Notes: a model not told the origin generated them from the sequence alone. A stretch of 64,000 nucleotides of DNA from Octopus bimaculoides (GCF_001194135.2 NC_068991.1:75347177-75411176); one strand, 5' to 3'. Numbered from the stretch's first letter, positions 49,640-63,466 are shown. Program-made: numbers and translations.

Positions 49640-50480
49640 AAACGAATGAAACTGAAAATAGGTGGGTAAAGAAAAGAATGCATGGTCAATTTCATAGGGA
49701 TGTCGAAGATAAGACACACAGAGAAAAAAGAACCGGAAACGGAGGCTCTAATCTGTGCTGCCCAGCAGCAAGCACTAAGAATAAACTACAAAAAATACAG
49801 AAGAGACAACACAGCAGAAAGTGATAAGTGCAGAATCTGTGGACAAAACGGTGAAACCGTATGGCACATTACCAGCCAATATACGCCACTAGCCCAGAAG
49901 GAATATAAGAGACGCCACGACAATACAGGCAGGCTTGTCCACTGGACACATTGCAACAAGTATGGACATGACAGAGCAAAAAATTGGTACAACCTCAAGC
50001 CTGAAGACATCGTCGAAAATAGAAATGCAATGATCCTATGAGATTTTGATTCAGTGCGACCATGAGATAGAGAATAGGAAGCCAGACATTTGAGAAAGAA
50101 AACAAACTATGCTGGATCATAGATATAGCATGCCCAACTGACAGCAAGGTATGCGATAAGGAAGAAAGAAAAGTCGAGAGATATGACAGGTTAGCTTGGA
50201 AAGTTAAGCAGTTGTGATCGAAGAAAAAGGTGATGGTAGTACCAATAATTGTCGGAGCCCTGGGAACAGTGAGCATAAATCTTGAGAAGTACGTGGAACA
50301 AATAGGGGCTGCAATAAGGGTGGAACACTTGCAAAAAACAACACTACTAGGAACCGCTCGAATACTCCGGAAGGTGCTCGGAAAATAAGAGGCGTTACCT
50401 TAGTTCACTGGTAGTTAACAGCTGACACTGTAGTACATTTCCAGCATTAGAAGCTGTGCAAAGGCAATAATAATAACAAC

Positions 50481-50512
<32 letters not shown>
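49640..50512 (+). pseudogene. Second R4/Dong-clade 3' end with stop (50386-50388), 3' UTR and (TAA)n tail
   Basis: RMHGQFHRD / PETEALICAAQQQALRIN / KCRICGQNGETVWHI / YKRRHD / RKPDI / IIDIACP / IIVGALGTV / TLLGTARILRKVLGK*. Confidence 0.9.
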
Positions 50513-50513
<1 letters not shown>

Positions 50514-51708
50514 CTGGTGCATACACAACATAGAATGTGTGTCAAATAGCCAGCCTGTGTTAATTAGAGAGATTATGCTAAACCAACTTCGGCACCTCAT
50601 GGGGTTGCTTACATTGCTAAAGATAGTAACCAAATCTACCCAAACTATTTCCTTTAGTCTTCGGGATTTACTATTTCGGAAAAAGAAAAAAAAGGAAGAT
50701 AGTGATGGCTATAACTTGAGTATAAACTTATTCCATCAGTGCTTTACTTGATGTTAACAACAATATCAACAACAACAACAACAAACCTCCTGCGTGGCAT
50801 AAAAAATTATTGTTAGTGCAAACTATAATATTACTAAAGAAAAATTGGGTAAAGAAAGAAAATCAAACGAATTTTGAATAACTATGAAGAATTTGGTAGA
50901 CTAATTTTTCCAAGGATTGTATTAAAAAATAATTCCCCAGAGTAATGAATATAAATAAAGCAGAAGCCAGACAGCAGCGACAAAGGAAAACAGGACTTCT
51001 GGGAGGTTTTATTGTTATATGAAAGGAAACGGAGCAAAAGCTAGAAATATGAAACTTAATACGGACAGACTTAAAGGCGACAAACTAGAAGAATCGTTAG
51101 CACGCCGGATAAAATGCTTAGTGACATTTCTTCCAACTTTATGTTCTGAGTTCAAATGTCACTGAGATCGACTTTGCTTTTCATCCTTTCGGGGTCGATA
51201 AAGTTCATGCCTTGTGACTAGAGTAGAAATAACAACTATGCAGTAAGTGGTGGAGTCTCCGTCGATTTTGATGGTAAGAAAATGAAGTTTGAGAATATGG
51301 CTATAACCACCTCATAAGGAAGGAAGAAAACGGCATTTAAGGCATTGTGTGCGCGTGAGGTAGTGGAGTATGAGAAATTTGAAATTTTGTGGGAAAAAAA
51401 ACTTTCAGAATCGAAATTCTTGTATGAAACACAGCAGTACTCAAAATAAAAGGGAGAAAATCCATGGAAATCCTTGTCGTTTTCCTTTCTCATGGGGTAG
51501 CGATAAAATAAATAAAATTATGTCGTCGAGCGTTCATTTGTTTGACGAACCGAAATCGTACACGTGATATTAATGTATACGTGTCTGGTTGTTCTTCAGA
51601 CACCTGTGTAGCCTTCACATAAGTCTTATGCTGAATAAGTATGACACAATGTGACGGTGCTGGACTTTGGAATTGCATGTAAAATTCAGAGCGAAAAAAA
51701 CCCAAAGG

Positions 51709-51759
<51 letters not shown>

Positions 51760-53492
51760 GTCTTAGTATTAGGCTGGTACTTTATTTACCGAATCTGGAA
51801 GAATGAAAGAGGTTGACCTCGACACGGCTGGATTTGAACTGAGATCACAGACTGCCAAAACGAATATCGCATGGCATTTTACACGACATTCTTAAGAGAT
51901 TTTACCACCTTAATCCAAGAAGTAACCAGGCTGTTGCCATGCATTTTCGGCTGGAATATATAAAATTCCAAACATCTGACTCAAATATTAACAAATTAAT
52001 TATGAGCAACAACTACGACATGCTAGGTAGGAGGGAGGGCGGAAAAGCTGTAATAACTTAAAAGCTTTTGATCCTATGTTTGTTCCATTAGGGCCGAACT
52101 TGTTGGTATTAAACAACGACGATAAAACTTCTACGCGTGACATGTAAAAAAACAAAAAAAAGAAGCACGATAGAATAAAAACTGTAATATTAATAACTAA
52201 AAATTGGATAAAATCAAGAGAAAATTTTACGTAGCAATCCAGAAAGTAACTAAGTTGCTGCAATGAAAATATGAGTGAAATAGAAAGAGTTTCACACTTC
52301 TTATTAAAATATTGACAAATTAATTCTAAACGAGAAATATGGCATGTTAGGTTGCCGAGAGAAAAACGCAATAAAATCGTAAAATGTAGCGTTTTATAGG
52401 CAACTGAAGGAAAATCGATACTAATTCCTGAATCATAAGAGATACCCAACTTTTAGGAACTCGAGGTCAAAAGCATGTCTGTTTGCAAAGTGTGTCAGTT
52501 ATTCTATGTAAGAATTATAAATCACCATGAAAAAGAATATAAATATTTTTCTTTTTGAAAACAGAAATGGTGTTGCGTAAAGTTCATACGGCTACCGACG
52601 TCAACAGAGCTGTCACAAGATGATGACCTGCTAGAAATAACAATCTGCTTGAACGACAGGACAGAGGCTAAAAACACCAATATTAATTACAAAATCGGTT
52701 TGTTCATTGAGTGAATGAAGGGGGTGCACCGTTCGCTCGACTTGCTAGAAGTAATTGCCTACACTCTCTCCAATCACACTTTTGTGTTTTTAAAAAGGAA
52801 TAATGTAGTCTTAGATGCTTTATGTCTAAATTAAAAACAAAAAAGACTGAAGAGTTAAAGCTGGAACGATTTTGATAATATTTCTGCTCAATCAAAACAG
52901 ATCTGGACTTAAGCAACAACAACAACAACAACAGCAACAACAATAGCAGCAGCAGCAACAACAGCGACAACAACTCGCACATAGACGATCAAAATGTAGA
53001 AAATATGCAAAACGCTTCAGGAACGGAAAGCAACAAATAAATGAATCAAACTAATGTCGTAAATAAAGAGCTAGGAGAGTTAGGTGTTTCGGACAGTAGT
53101 TCTTCATCATAAACCAGTTGTAAAGTAAAAACAGAATAAATAAATAAGGCTTTAATCGGCCCGGGGCTATAGTAGAAGACACTTTCCCAAGGTGCTACAG
53201 AAGCCATGTGGTTGGTAAGCAAGCTACTTACCACACAGCCACTCCTCCGCCTATGATTAGGTCAATATAATTAAAACTGAAAAACCACGACTAATGAAAT
53301 AATAGACATCGTTTTTCGAATTGACTGCTGTTGTAATACGCTTGACTGGAAATCATAGTGAAACAGCGAAAGTAATTAAATAGAAATCAGCAAAAATAAC
53401 GTTTAAATTTATCGGTAGCTAAGTAAAACCAAACATTTAGAAAAATATATCTTAACACAGACCTCAATAGAATATTTTTGTAATGGTAAATA

Positions 53493-53889
53493 AGTGGAAG
53501 CGCAATGACCCAGTGGTAATGGCCCAGTGGTTAGGCAGCGGACTCGCGGTCGTAGGATCGCGGTTTCGATTCCAGATCGGTCGTTGTGAGTGTTTATTGA
53601 GCGAAAATACCTAAAAGCACCACGAGGCTCTAACAAGGAGTGGTGGCGAATCCTGCTGTACTCTTTCACCCCAACTTCCTCTCACACTTACTTCCTGTTT
53701 CTGTTGTGCCTGTAATTCAAAGGGTCAGCCTTGTCACACTGTGTCACGCTGAATATCCCCGAGAACTACGTTAAGGGTACACGTGTCTGTGGAGTGCTCA
53801 GCCACTTGCACATTAATTTCACGAGCAGGCTGTTCCGTTGATCGGAGCAACTGGAACTCTCGTCGTCGTAACCGACGGAGTGCCACGAC
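53493..53889 (+). mobile_element. Family D SINE with TSD and a short A-box duplication
   Basis: TSD TAATGGTAAATA at 53481-53492 and 53890-53901. Confidence 0.9.
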
Positions 53890-54729
53890 TAATGGTAAAT
53901 ATCCTGGAAACTAATTGCTGTAAGTTTCCAGACATAGCTCATGTGGAAAATTAATGCAAGTCACGAACCAAACAAATGATTTACATCCTCAGTATGGAAC
54001 CGGCCCTGTCAGATTATTGATATGTTACTTTTAAAAATGACTAAGAATTGTGTGATTGCGAATAGAAAGAAGTTGATATTAGACTACTGTATTTTAACGT
54101 ATATTCTTTTACTTGTTTCAGTCGTTTGACTGCGGCCATGCTAGAGCACCACCTTTAGTCGAGCAAATCGACTCCAGGACTTATTCTTTGTCAGCCTAGT
54201 ACTTATTCTATTGGTTTGTTTTTGCTGAACCGCTAGTANNNNNNNNNNNNNNNNNNNNNNNNNNNNNNNNNNNNNNNNNNNNNNNNNNNNNNNNNNNNNN
54301 NNNNNNNNNNNNNNNNNNNNNNNNNNNNNNNNNNNNNNNNNNNNNNNNNNNNNNNNNNNNNNNNNNNNNNNNNNNNNNNNNNNNNNNNNNNNNNNNNNNN
54401 NNNNNNNNNNNNNNNNNNNNNNNNNNNNNNNNNNNNNNNNNNNNNNNNNNNNNNNNNNNNNNNNNNNNNNNNNNNNNNNNNNNNNNNNNNNNNNNNNNNN
54501 NNNNNNNNNNNNNNNNNNNNNNNNNNNNNNNNNNNNNNNNNNNNNNNNNNNNNNNNNNNNNNNNNNNNNNNNNNNNNNNNNNNNNNNNNNNNNNNNNNNN
54601 NNNTTAAGCTAATTCAGTTGACAAAACCAGTTTGCATAATTCTTTTGCATTCTCTTTTTTACAATTGGCATTTTATTTATAACTACACTTTTTCTGTTTT
54701 AAGACCCATAAAAATTTTTTTGAGTGGTT

Positions 54730-54861
54730 TTTGTAAGGCTGGAACGGATTAATTGTATTTTAGTTAATTTCAAAGGGGGAAATTGATTTGTAAAACGAAT
54801 AAATCGTAAGACGAGTTCGGTCATGGAACGAATTAAACTCGTACTGCGAGGTATCACAGTA
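54730..54861 (-). mobile_element. Terminus of a Tc1/mariner (Tigger/pogo-like) element
   Basis: Minus strand TA-CTGTGATACCTCG...GTACGAGTTTAATTCGTTCC resembles TA-CAGTGGTACCTCG termini. The other end would fall in the gap. Confidence 0.45.
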
Positions 54862-55098
54862 TTAATTATTTTCGGGAGTAAAACAATCGTTTGATTAATG
54901 TCTATCAAGAAAATAATACACATAATTTTCGATATTACCGTCGATGTTTAACCCCAGGTCTATCCTGATGTAGCAGACCACGATACGTTTAATTCCAGGT
55001 CAGTATAATCCGGAAACGCACCATAAATGATGCGCTTATTTAGTTCCCAGCCAGTCCTGGTCTAAAGGATATGGTACGTCGAATCTCAGGTCAATTCT

Positions 55099-55324
55099 GA
55101 TTTCTTTATTGCCCACGAGGGGCTAAACATAGAGGAGACAAACAAAGATAGACAAAGGGATTAAGTCGATTATGCCGACCCCAGTCCGTAACTGGTACTT
55201 AATTTATCGACCCTGAAAGGATGAAAGGCAAAGTCGACCTCGGCGGAATTTAAACTTAGAACGTAACGGCAGACGAAATACCGCTAAGCATTTCGCCCGG
55301 CGTGCTAACGTTTCTACCAGCTCG
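55099..55324 (-). mobile_element. Family C SINE, inverted partner of 55708-55942
   Basis: Reverse complement of the same head and tail. Confidence 0.88.
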
Positions 55325-55707
55325 AAGATTATGGCACATTTAGCTTCAGGTTAATCACTATCAAAATGACTGTAATACGTTTAGCTCCCAGTTAGCTTTG
55401 ATTTAGAAGACTGTGACACATAGGTCATTCAACCAATGATAGTTCGATCGGAGTTCCAGCAGTATTTAAATTTTTTATCTTTTATCCAAGAAATGACACA
55501 CTGGGTAGTGCTACCCAGTGAGTCGTTTCTTTCCTTTAAGTGGTAGTGTCTAATTTGAGTGAGCTTTCGATTGATTTTATAGCCGGATCAAATGATCTGG
55601 TAAAGACTCTTTAGTTTGGATGGTTTGATGTAGTTGCGTTGCTACGCCAGTTCTGACTGAGCAGATATATAATCCAAGACATTCCAGCCATTATTCACAT
55701 AACAGTA

Positions 55708-55942
55708 AGGCGGCGAGCTGGCAGAATCGTTAGCACGCCGAGCGAAATGTTTAACGGTATTTCGTCTGCCGCTACATTCTGAGTTCAAATTCCGCCGAGG
55801 TTGACTTAGCTTTTTATCCTTTTGGGGTCGATTAAATAAGTACCAGTTACGCACTGGGCTTAATGTAATCGACTTAATCCCTTTGTCTGTCCTTGTTTGT
55901 CCCCTCTATGTTTAGTCCCTTATGGGCAATAAAGAAATAAAT
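55708..55942 (+). mobile_element. Family C SINE, full length
   Basis: GGCGGCGAGCTGGCAG through GGGCAATAAAGAAATAA. A 5'-truncated copy lies at 57987-58181. Confidence 0.9.
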
Positions 55943-58914
55943 ATTATCTAATGTGTCCTTCTGGATTTCAAGACGTTTCATGGGATGGCGCATGGCCTAG
56001 TGGTTGGGAATTCGCACTCGCGATCACCAGATCGTATGTTCGATTCCCAGACCGGGCAGCGGATATGCTCTCTTGAGGAAACATTTCATTTCACGTTGCT
56101 CAGTGCTGTGTGGAGACCAGCATACCAAAGAATAGACCCAACGTTTCCTTTGCGTGTCGTAAAAAAAAGGCGATTAAAAGAGGTTGAGGTAGGATTTGCA
56201 CTGCGACCCCGTCAGTCCCTCACCAGCAACGACTAACCAAAACAGACCCATGGGTTGGAAGCTTGCCGCCTGAGTAGTGTAAAGGTGTCATCCGTCACGA
56301 ATACTAGGGAGTCACCAACAAATGGTGGAGTCTGCTATGTTACTACTACCACCATCACTACTACTACTACTGTTGCTCATGTGAAATTTGAGAGAGATTT
56401 AGCTGTTATTTCTAGCTGGTCAAACTACCATGTAAAGACCTCTCCCGACTCGAGTTCATTATTTGTGTTATTTGGTCGGGTTCTGTTTCATTTTTTTTTC
56501 ATTTTTCATTTTATCTAGTTTCAGCTCATGAGCTGTGGCCATGCTGTGGCACCGTCATTAAACAAGTTCCCGTGCCGGGAATCGAATATAATATGGATAT
56601 AATTTTAAAAAATATTAGACATGCACTGACTGATTGTATTTTACTTGAGCTTTATTATCAATGAAATAGATAATTAGTTAATAAATCAATTGATTGATTG
56701 ATTAATTAGTTTTTTCGTCATAGTCTGTGATCCTATCAGTTATGACGTGCCCCTCATGCACTTCTTCCGTGCTAATGTCTATCTTAGTGTTTGTTTGTAT
56801 CTCGGGTTAGACTTCACCATTGATAAGGTCACAGGCTGTAACGAAACAACTTTCATGAACTAGTTTATTTATTAGCCACACATCTAATTAATTGATAATA
56901 AAACGGAAATAAATTACTGCCGGCTCGTGTGCTTTATTTGCATCACGACTGTCCAAAAGTACAGCAATATAAATAACACCATCAAAAGTACAAGAATATC
57001 TGTTTCAAAAGCCGAATTCTAACCAAGAATCTGGTTACAAAAAAATGAAAAAGCAAAAGTTTTAAATAGATTTATCACCTAATATAGCTGAATGTCTGCA
57101 ATTTTCATATTAGTATTTAGAACTATTTTCACATGAGTAAAACAATACTATTTTTTTACCCAAGTCATACTTGATAAATCACATTCAATATTAGTGTTAA
57201 GACAAGGCAGCAAAATCGTCAACACGTTGAAAAATGCTAAGAGGCATATTTTCCGGCTCTTTACGTTCTGTGTTCAAATTCTGCCACAGGTGAGCTTTAT
57301 TTGATAACCAGTTGATCTAGCAAGCGGGGCCTCATATCAGTGAGGGCGGCCGGTGCGCATTGATGCCGTCGAGAGATAGGCCCCGAAACGGCGCGCATTC
57401 TCTCCTGATGACGCCATAAACTTCCTGACTTCCGGTATGCGGAGTTCTCGACTGGTGGCACTTGCATGTGCAAGTTGTTTGCAAAACATCGAGACCGATA
57501 AAATTAATACAAGTTGAGCATTGGAATTGACTTAATCCTTTCCTCCGAAATTGCTGGCCGCCTTGTGCCGAAATTTGAAACGAATTGTAAAAAGTCACCA
57601 ATTTAGTGTGAGTGGTCACTAGTTTAAAGTATGAAAGTATTCGTGAAAAAGTCCATTAGATGCACTTTTGAGAAGCATGTCTAGATGAATATCAGAAGGC
57701 AGTTTTTAAACAAAACATTATAATTTTATTAAAATGGTAATGAGAGCTGAGCAAGTGATGGGCGAAGCGGGTGTATATGTAGGAGTCAGAGAAAAGCGAT
57801 TAAACGATTGAACAAATGATTTAGTTGTAAGCCGTAAAAAGTTTAGCAGAGACGAAGCTAGCTTAGACGGAAATAAAGCACTCATGATATAGGTAGAGTT
57901 ATGTTGATATGGACTAACTGAAAAGGTGCTCGCAAGGCGAAGTTGACAAAAGGGAAATAGGATGTCCATGATGTGACTTGCCGGGTGGAATGCTTAGTCG
58001 TATTTCGTCTGCCGTTACGTTCTGAGTTCAAATTCCGCCGAGGTCGACTTTGCCTTTCATCTTTTCGGGGTCGATTAAATAAGTACCAGTTACGTACTGG
58101 AGTCGATGTAATCGACTTAACCTTTGTCTGTCCTTGTTTGTCCTCTCTTTGTTTAGCCCCTTGTGGGCAATAAAGAAATAAATATGACTCAGAAGTTTGT
58201 GGCGTTAAGTTGGTGAGAAAGACAAAAGGCAGATCCCATCTTTAGAGAACCGATGTGGTTCGTCTCGTGTTCTTCCGCTGACTTAAAAAACAAAAAAAAA
58301 ACGACATTAGTCAGTGAAGTGGAATCCTCTTCAATATTTATCCTATCAATCCCCATCATTTTTTTTTTTGGTAAACTGCAAAGTTTCAGGGATGTAAACA
58401 AACCAACAACGATTGGCATGTCATGAGAGCTAAACACTAACACAAAAACATAGGCAGAAATGCACATACGAACACACGCACACACATATAAATTCATTAA
58501 AAAGGTATTGATTGATCCGGGATTATCATAGCTTCTATCGTTTTGGCTGATTTAATGAATTAAGTAAAACCTCATTTAGTAAACCCTCGTTAGTGGACAA
58601 TGGCAGGCTTAGTACGAGATGAAATTTGACGAAAGTAAACAAAATATCAGAAAATTTAAGTATTAAAAGCTGTTATTTTTAATAATAAATTGCATTGTTA
58701 GCCATATTACATTGCAGAGAAAATTCAGTCTGAAGTTGTCTAAGTAATAAAGATGACCATCAAAATAATATGGATATTGCAAACGTTCGCCTCATAAATG
58801 TCAGTTATCCATTTGAAAAGCATTGTTAATAATGCAAATCAAGTAGAGTAGATTTTGTACTTGACAAGTTGAACTCATTTGCTATTAGTAGACACAAGGA
58901 AACCGTTTTGAAGA

Positions 58915-58993
<79 letters not shown>

Positions 58994-59448
58994 AGAGAGA
59001 GAAAGAGAGAGAGAGAGAGGGAGAGGGAGAGGGAGTGAGGGAGAGAGAGGGAGAGGGAGTGAGGGAGAGAGAGGGAGAATTTTATACTCAAGCTTAACGA
59101 TGTTTTAAGCGAAGCTGTTCCTCACATTTCTGAGTTCAATATTGTGTTGTATATCAGAATCGTTTTGCAGCTTAACGAAGTGAACTTCCGTCAAAGGACC
59201 AGAATAATATGGTTCTAAGAATGCAAACATCGGCTTTTCGTTGTCAAGATGAAGCTAAGTTATCCGAAAGTAAGGAAAGCTATTCTGAATTAATCTTCTG
59301 TTTTGCTAATTTTGCTTAAAATTCATTAGAAATTTGTTACTGTTTATAAATGGTAACCCCTAAGTATTTAAACCGGTGTAAATTAATCAATTAGCACTGA
59401 CTTTTTGGATTAAATTAAAAGGAGTGTTACGAAATGTTATAGGTGAAA

Positions 59449-59828
59449 GAGTGGCTGTGTGGTAAGTAGCTTGCTTACGAACCACATGGTTCTGGGTTCA
59501 GTCCCAACCTTGGGCAAGTGTCTTCTACTTTAGCCTCGGGCCGACCAAAGCCTTGTGAGTGGATTTGGTAGACAGAAACTGAAAGAAGCCCGTCGTATAT
59601 ATGTATGTATGTATGTGTGTGTGTATATGTTTGTATGATTGTCCACCCAACATGGCTTGACAACCGATGGTGGTGTGTTTACATCCCGTAAATTAGCGGT
59701 TCGGCTAAAGAGACCGATAGAATAAGTACTAGGCTTACAAAGAATAAGTCCTGGGGTCGATTAGCTCGACTAAAGGCGGTGCTCCAACATGGTCACAGTC
59801 AAATGACTGAAACAAGTAAAAGAGTAAA
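59449..59828 (+). mobile_element. Family B SINE, CpG-intact
   Basis: Head, (TATG)n/(TG)n and tail. Partial copies at about 53145-53250 (-), 54108-54237 (-) and 61888-62060 (+). Confidence 0.88.
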
Positions 59829-60833
59829 TGAATATATTTCGCCATTTTAACTTTAACGTTCAGAACAATTTTTTTTTTGGTATAAATTTTCCAATTAGAA
59901 ACTAGAAATTTTGAAGTAATGAATTTCGTCCAGCGAAAAACTCATAAAAATTGTCACTATTGCAATTCTGAAGTTTGATCATAGGATATAATGATTGTTG
60001 GTGTGCACTGTTAGTTTTGGTTTTACTTGTTGATTATTATCTGCTGTAATGTTTCTGTCACCTGTCCAGGTAGTTTGGATACAGGCAAGTTGATACATGT
60101 TAGTGTTTTCATATATCATCGCAAGATATCGATTTTTGGCAATCAGTTTCCTGTCTTAGAAACGAATTTGTGTTCCAGTAAGCTTTGTAACCTGGGAGTT
60201 TTACAATTATTATACAGAAAGCATTCGGAAATTTTCCTTCATCTCATTCATTGATGTAATGAAGGTGCGTTGATCAAAACGGTTGCGCTTTGGATGAGCA
60301 TACTTTGTGATTTCTTCGTTCAAAATTTCTTCAAGGAAAATTTGAAGAAAATACTCAAGAGGCTTTAATTGAAAGATTTTGCAAGGCCTACATCACTAAC
60401 CAAAGCATCCGTGTGATGATATGATCGAGTGATAATTCGACTCTTGTGCAAAATTGATAAACCCTGATATCACTTAGATATCTGGTGTGTGCAGATGAGA
60501 TGGAAATACCACTCGAATTATTTTCTCCAAGTCCAAGCTCTCTTTCTCTAATTAAATCATTTATGATGATAATAAATAAATCATTTGTAAGTATCACTGT
60601 ATGCTATTTCACCGTTTGAGGTATTAACCATCACGGTGTTTGATTATGCGTTACGTTGAGAGATATGGGGAAATTTATGGAAATGTTCTTGGATTTAATG
60701 ATATTAGAGAACATAAAAGTGGTCAGGTTATTTCTGATTTAGCTATAAAGAATCTAGATACTCTAAGTTTTCAATACTCTGGCTGTCATAGTAAGCAAAG
60801 TTAATAATGTACTGGAGTTCAGACGAAAGCCAG

Positions 60834-60865
<32 letters not shown>

Positions 60866-60872
60866 ACTGAGG

Positions 60873-60962
<90 letters not shown>

Positions 60963-61889
60963 ACTACAGTTGTTTTTGTTTTCATCTTTATGCTAATAAG
61001 CTTAATAAATTTTGAATTCAAACTGTTTCTAACATTTTTGACTGCAATATTGAATAGCATATCATCTTTGTGCAACCCAATGAAGCGAAATTTCAGTTGC
61101 CGACATTGTGGGGAAATGCTTACCAAAGCTTGATTCAGTTCTATCGAAGAAACTGTTAAAGAGAATAAAGATATAAAGAATCTTTTTTGACATTCTGCAA
61201 AATCCAGAAATGGCTTGCTGATAAAAAAAATAAAATAACGCTGTATAAGGATTTTCAACAGGCATAGAAAAAAATCGACTTTATTTTTTGTTTTAATCGA
61301 AATAGCTTTGTATATTTTTTTTATTTACTGAACATGATCTTAAGGTATTGCAAACGAAATATAAGGATATCGTTTTTAGCTATATTATTGTTGAAAGAAC
61401 TGTTTCCAAAATTGAAAAAAACGAGAAAAGCTAAATTTGATGCCATCTGGAATTTGGTAGAAGAAAAAAAATGGCATCTTTCTCTTGAAAAGGAAAGAAT
61501 AGTCAACTTTCTTCAGGACCCTCCGGATAATATTATTTCTGAATTAAAGACTTACAGAGTCGTTAAAGCATCGGTAAAAAATACTGTTCGGTATTTATTC
61601 CGAATCCTTACGTTTTCAGATCAAATCCGTCGAAGTAAAGTTTGGATTGCATATCCCTTGGGTAGAGAAAATGAAGTAACAGCCAAGGCAACAGTCGAGG
61701 TAACAGCCAAGTTCTAAGGTTGAGGGTTTCGACAACTCTCCTCTCTTCACAATTGCTGGTCTTGAGCCAAAATAAGAAACAGCTATTACTGGAATAAAAA
61801 AAGCAATTTAAATCGGGGAAAAATTTGGATTTGATCGAGTCTTTTAGAGTTGGATTCAGATGTCTGATGAGCCGTAGAACAAATAAGAT

Positions 61890-61936
<47 letters not shown>

Positions 61937-62074
61937 GCCATCGCTCGACAACCGATGCTGGTGTGTTTATGTCACCGTAACTTAGCGGTTCGGTAAAAGA
62001 GTCCGATAGAATAAGTATAGGCTTACAAAGAATAAGTCCTGGGGTCAATTTCTTCGACTAAAAAAAAACAACAA

Positions 62075-62380
62075 CTCGAGGCTAAAGTGAAACTAATAAA
62101 GGAAACTATTGAAGCAAGGAGATGGAAATGGTTGAGTCGAGTTTGTCGCTGTAAACCGAACTCAGTTGTCAGGATCGCTTTATAATGGGCTCCACAAAAT
62201 AAAAGAAGACGTGGCCAACCAAAGGAAACATGGCGGAGAACAATAGCAAAAGATCTTAAAAGCAGAAGGGTTATCAATGGAAAAAAAATGTCAAGGACGC
62301 TTTCAGTGTTAGAACGATCTTGTCACTTCAAGTACCACAAGGCACAATGAGAACCGAATGAACGATGAATGAATGAATGG
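62075..62380 (+). pseudogene. RTE-clade LINE 3' end with (TGAA)n tail
   Basis: IKETIEARRWKWLSRVCRCKPNSVVRIAL*WAPQNKRRRGQPKETWRRTI resembles the RTE C-terminal RRWRWIGH...W.P.GKRRRGRP..TWRRT motif. Confidence 0.8.
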
Positions 62381-62565
62381 TTTGATGAGAAGATCAGCTG
62401 CGATGATAATGAAGCAATTTTTTTAATAAGATAATAAGAACTAAGAGAATGTGATGAATGTGTCTGAGGAGATTCTAGTCAATTATAGTCTGCTTTTTCG
62501 TTATATAATTACATCACGTTGGGTGTTAATTGTATACAGTTTTTACAGTAATGTAGAATGTTTAT

Positions 62566-62955
62566 GTGGAGGCGCAATGGCCCAGTGGTTAGGGAAGCGG
62601 ACTCGCGGTCATAGGATCGCAGTTTCGATTCCCAGACTAGGCGTTGTGAGTGCTTATTGAGCGAAAATACCTAAAGTGCCACGAGGCTCCGGCAGGGGCT
62701 GGTGGTGAACCCTGCTGTACTCTTACACCACAACTTTCTGTCACTCTAACTTCCTGTTTCTGTTGTACCTGTATTTCAAAGGGCCAGCCTTGTCACACTG
62801 TGTCACGCTGAATCTCCCCGAGAACTACGTTAAGGGTACACGTGTCTGTGGAGTGCTCAGCCACTTGCACGTTAATTTCACGAGCAGGCTGTCCTGTTGA
62901 TCGGATCAAATGGAACCCTCGACGTCGTAAGCGACGGAGTGCCAACAACAACAAC
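62566..62955 (+). mobile_element. Family D SINE, full length with TSD
   Basis: TSD AGAATGTTTAT at 62555-62565 and 62956-62966. A box TGGCCCAGTGG, B-box-like GTTTCGATTCC, (CAA)n tail. Confidence 0.93.
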
Positions 62956-63445
62956 AGAATGTTTATATATGGTAACAAAATATAAACTTTGAATGTTGTG
63001 AACCATAACACATTTAACCTCACGTTCGCTCTAATCAAGCAGAGCTATGATCAAAAGTCATTACAGCTGTAAACAACACACATTTTGTAGCGAAAGCGTT
63101 GCATGAAAAAACAAATTGTAGTTCAGTTCATGAATACAAAAAATCGAGAGTTCCACAGGAGAGTTCCACACGAGAAAGTATTCTTGGCTTGTTAGTATGG
63201 AAACAGGCATCTATAAGTCTGTGGCTTTCGATTGGCTAAAATTATTCGAAATGTGCCAACTTTAAAAGCGATTAACTATTTATTTATTTATCGCGAAAAT
63301 GAATTGTATTTCAATAATTAGCATATAAAAATACACCAATACACTAAATTTAAAATCAATTGGGACAAAATTGAAGAAATTGAAAAGTGAAAGCCAAATA
63401 GAAAAGATCACTATTTTCTATAGCAGTGCTTCGCAACCGGTACAC

Positions 63446-63466
63446 ATACATACATATATATATATA

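Noticed and set aside
62566-62645. tRNA-like sequences at SINE heads (Families B, C, D, E)
   Set aside because: They have A and B boxes but no complete acceptor stem and run into SINE bodies, some with TSDs, so they are not tRNA genes.
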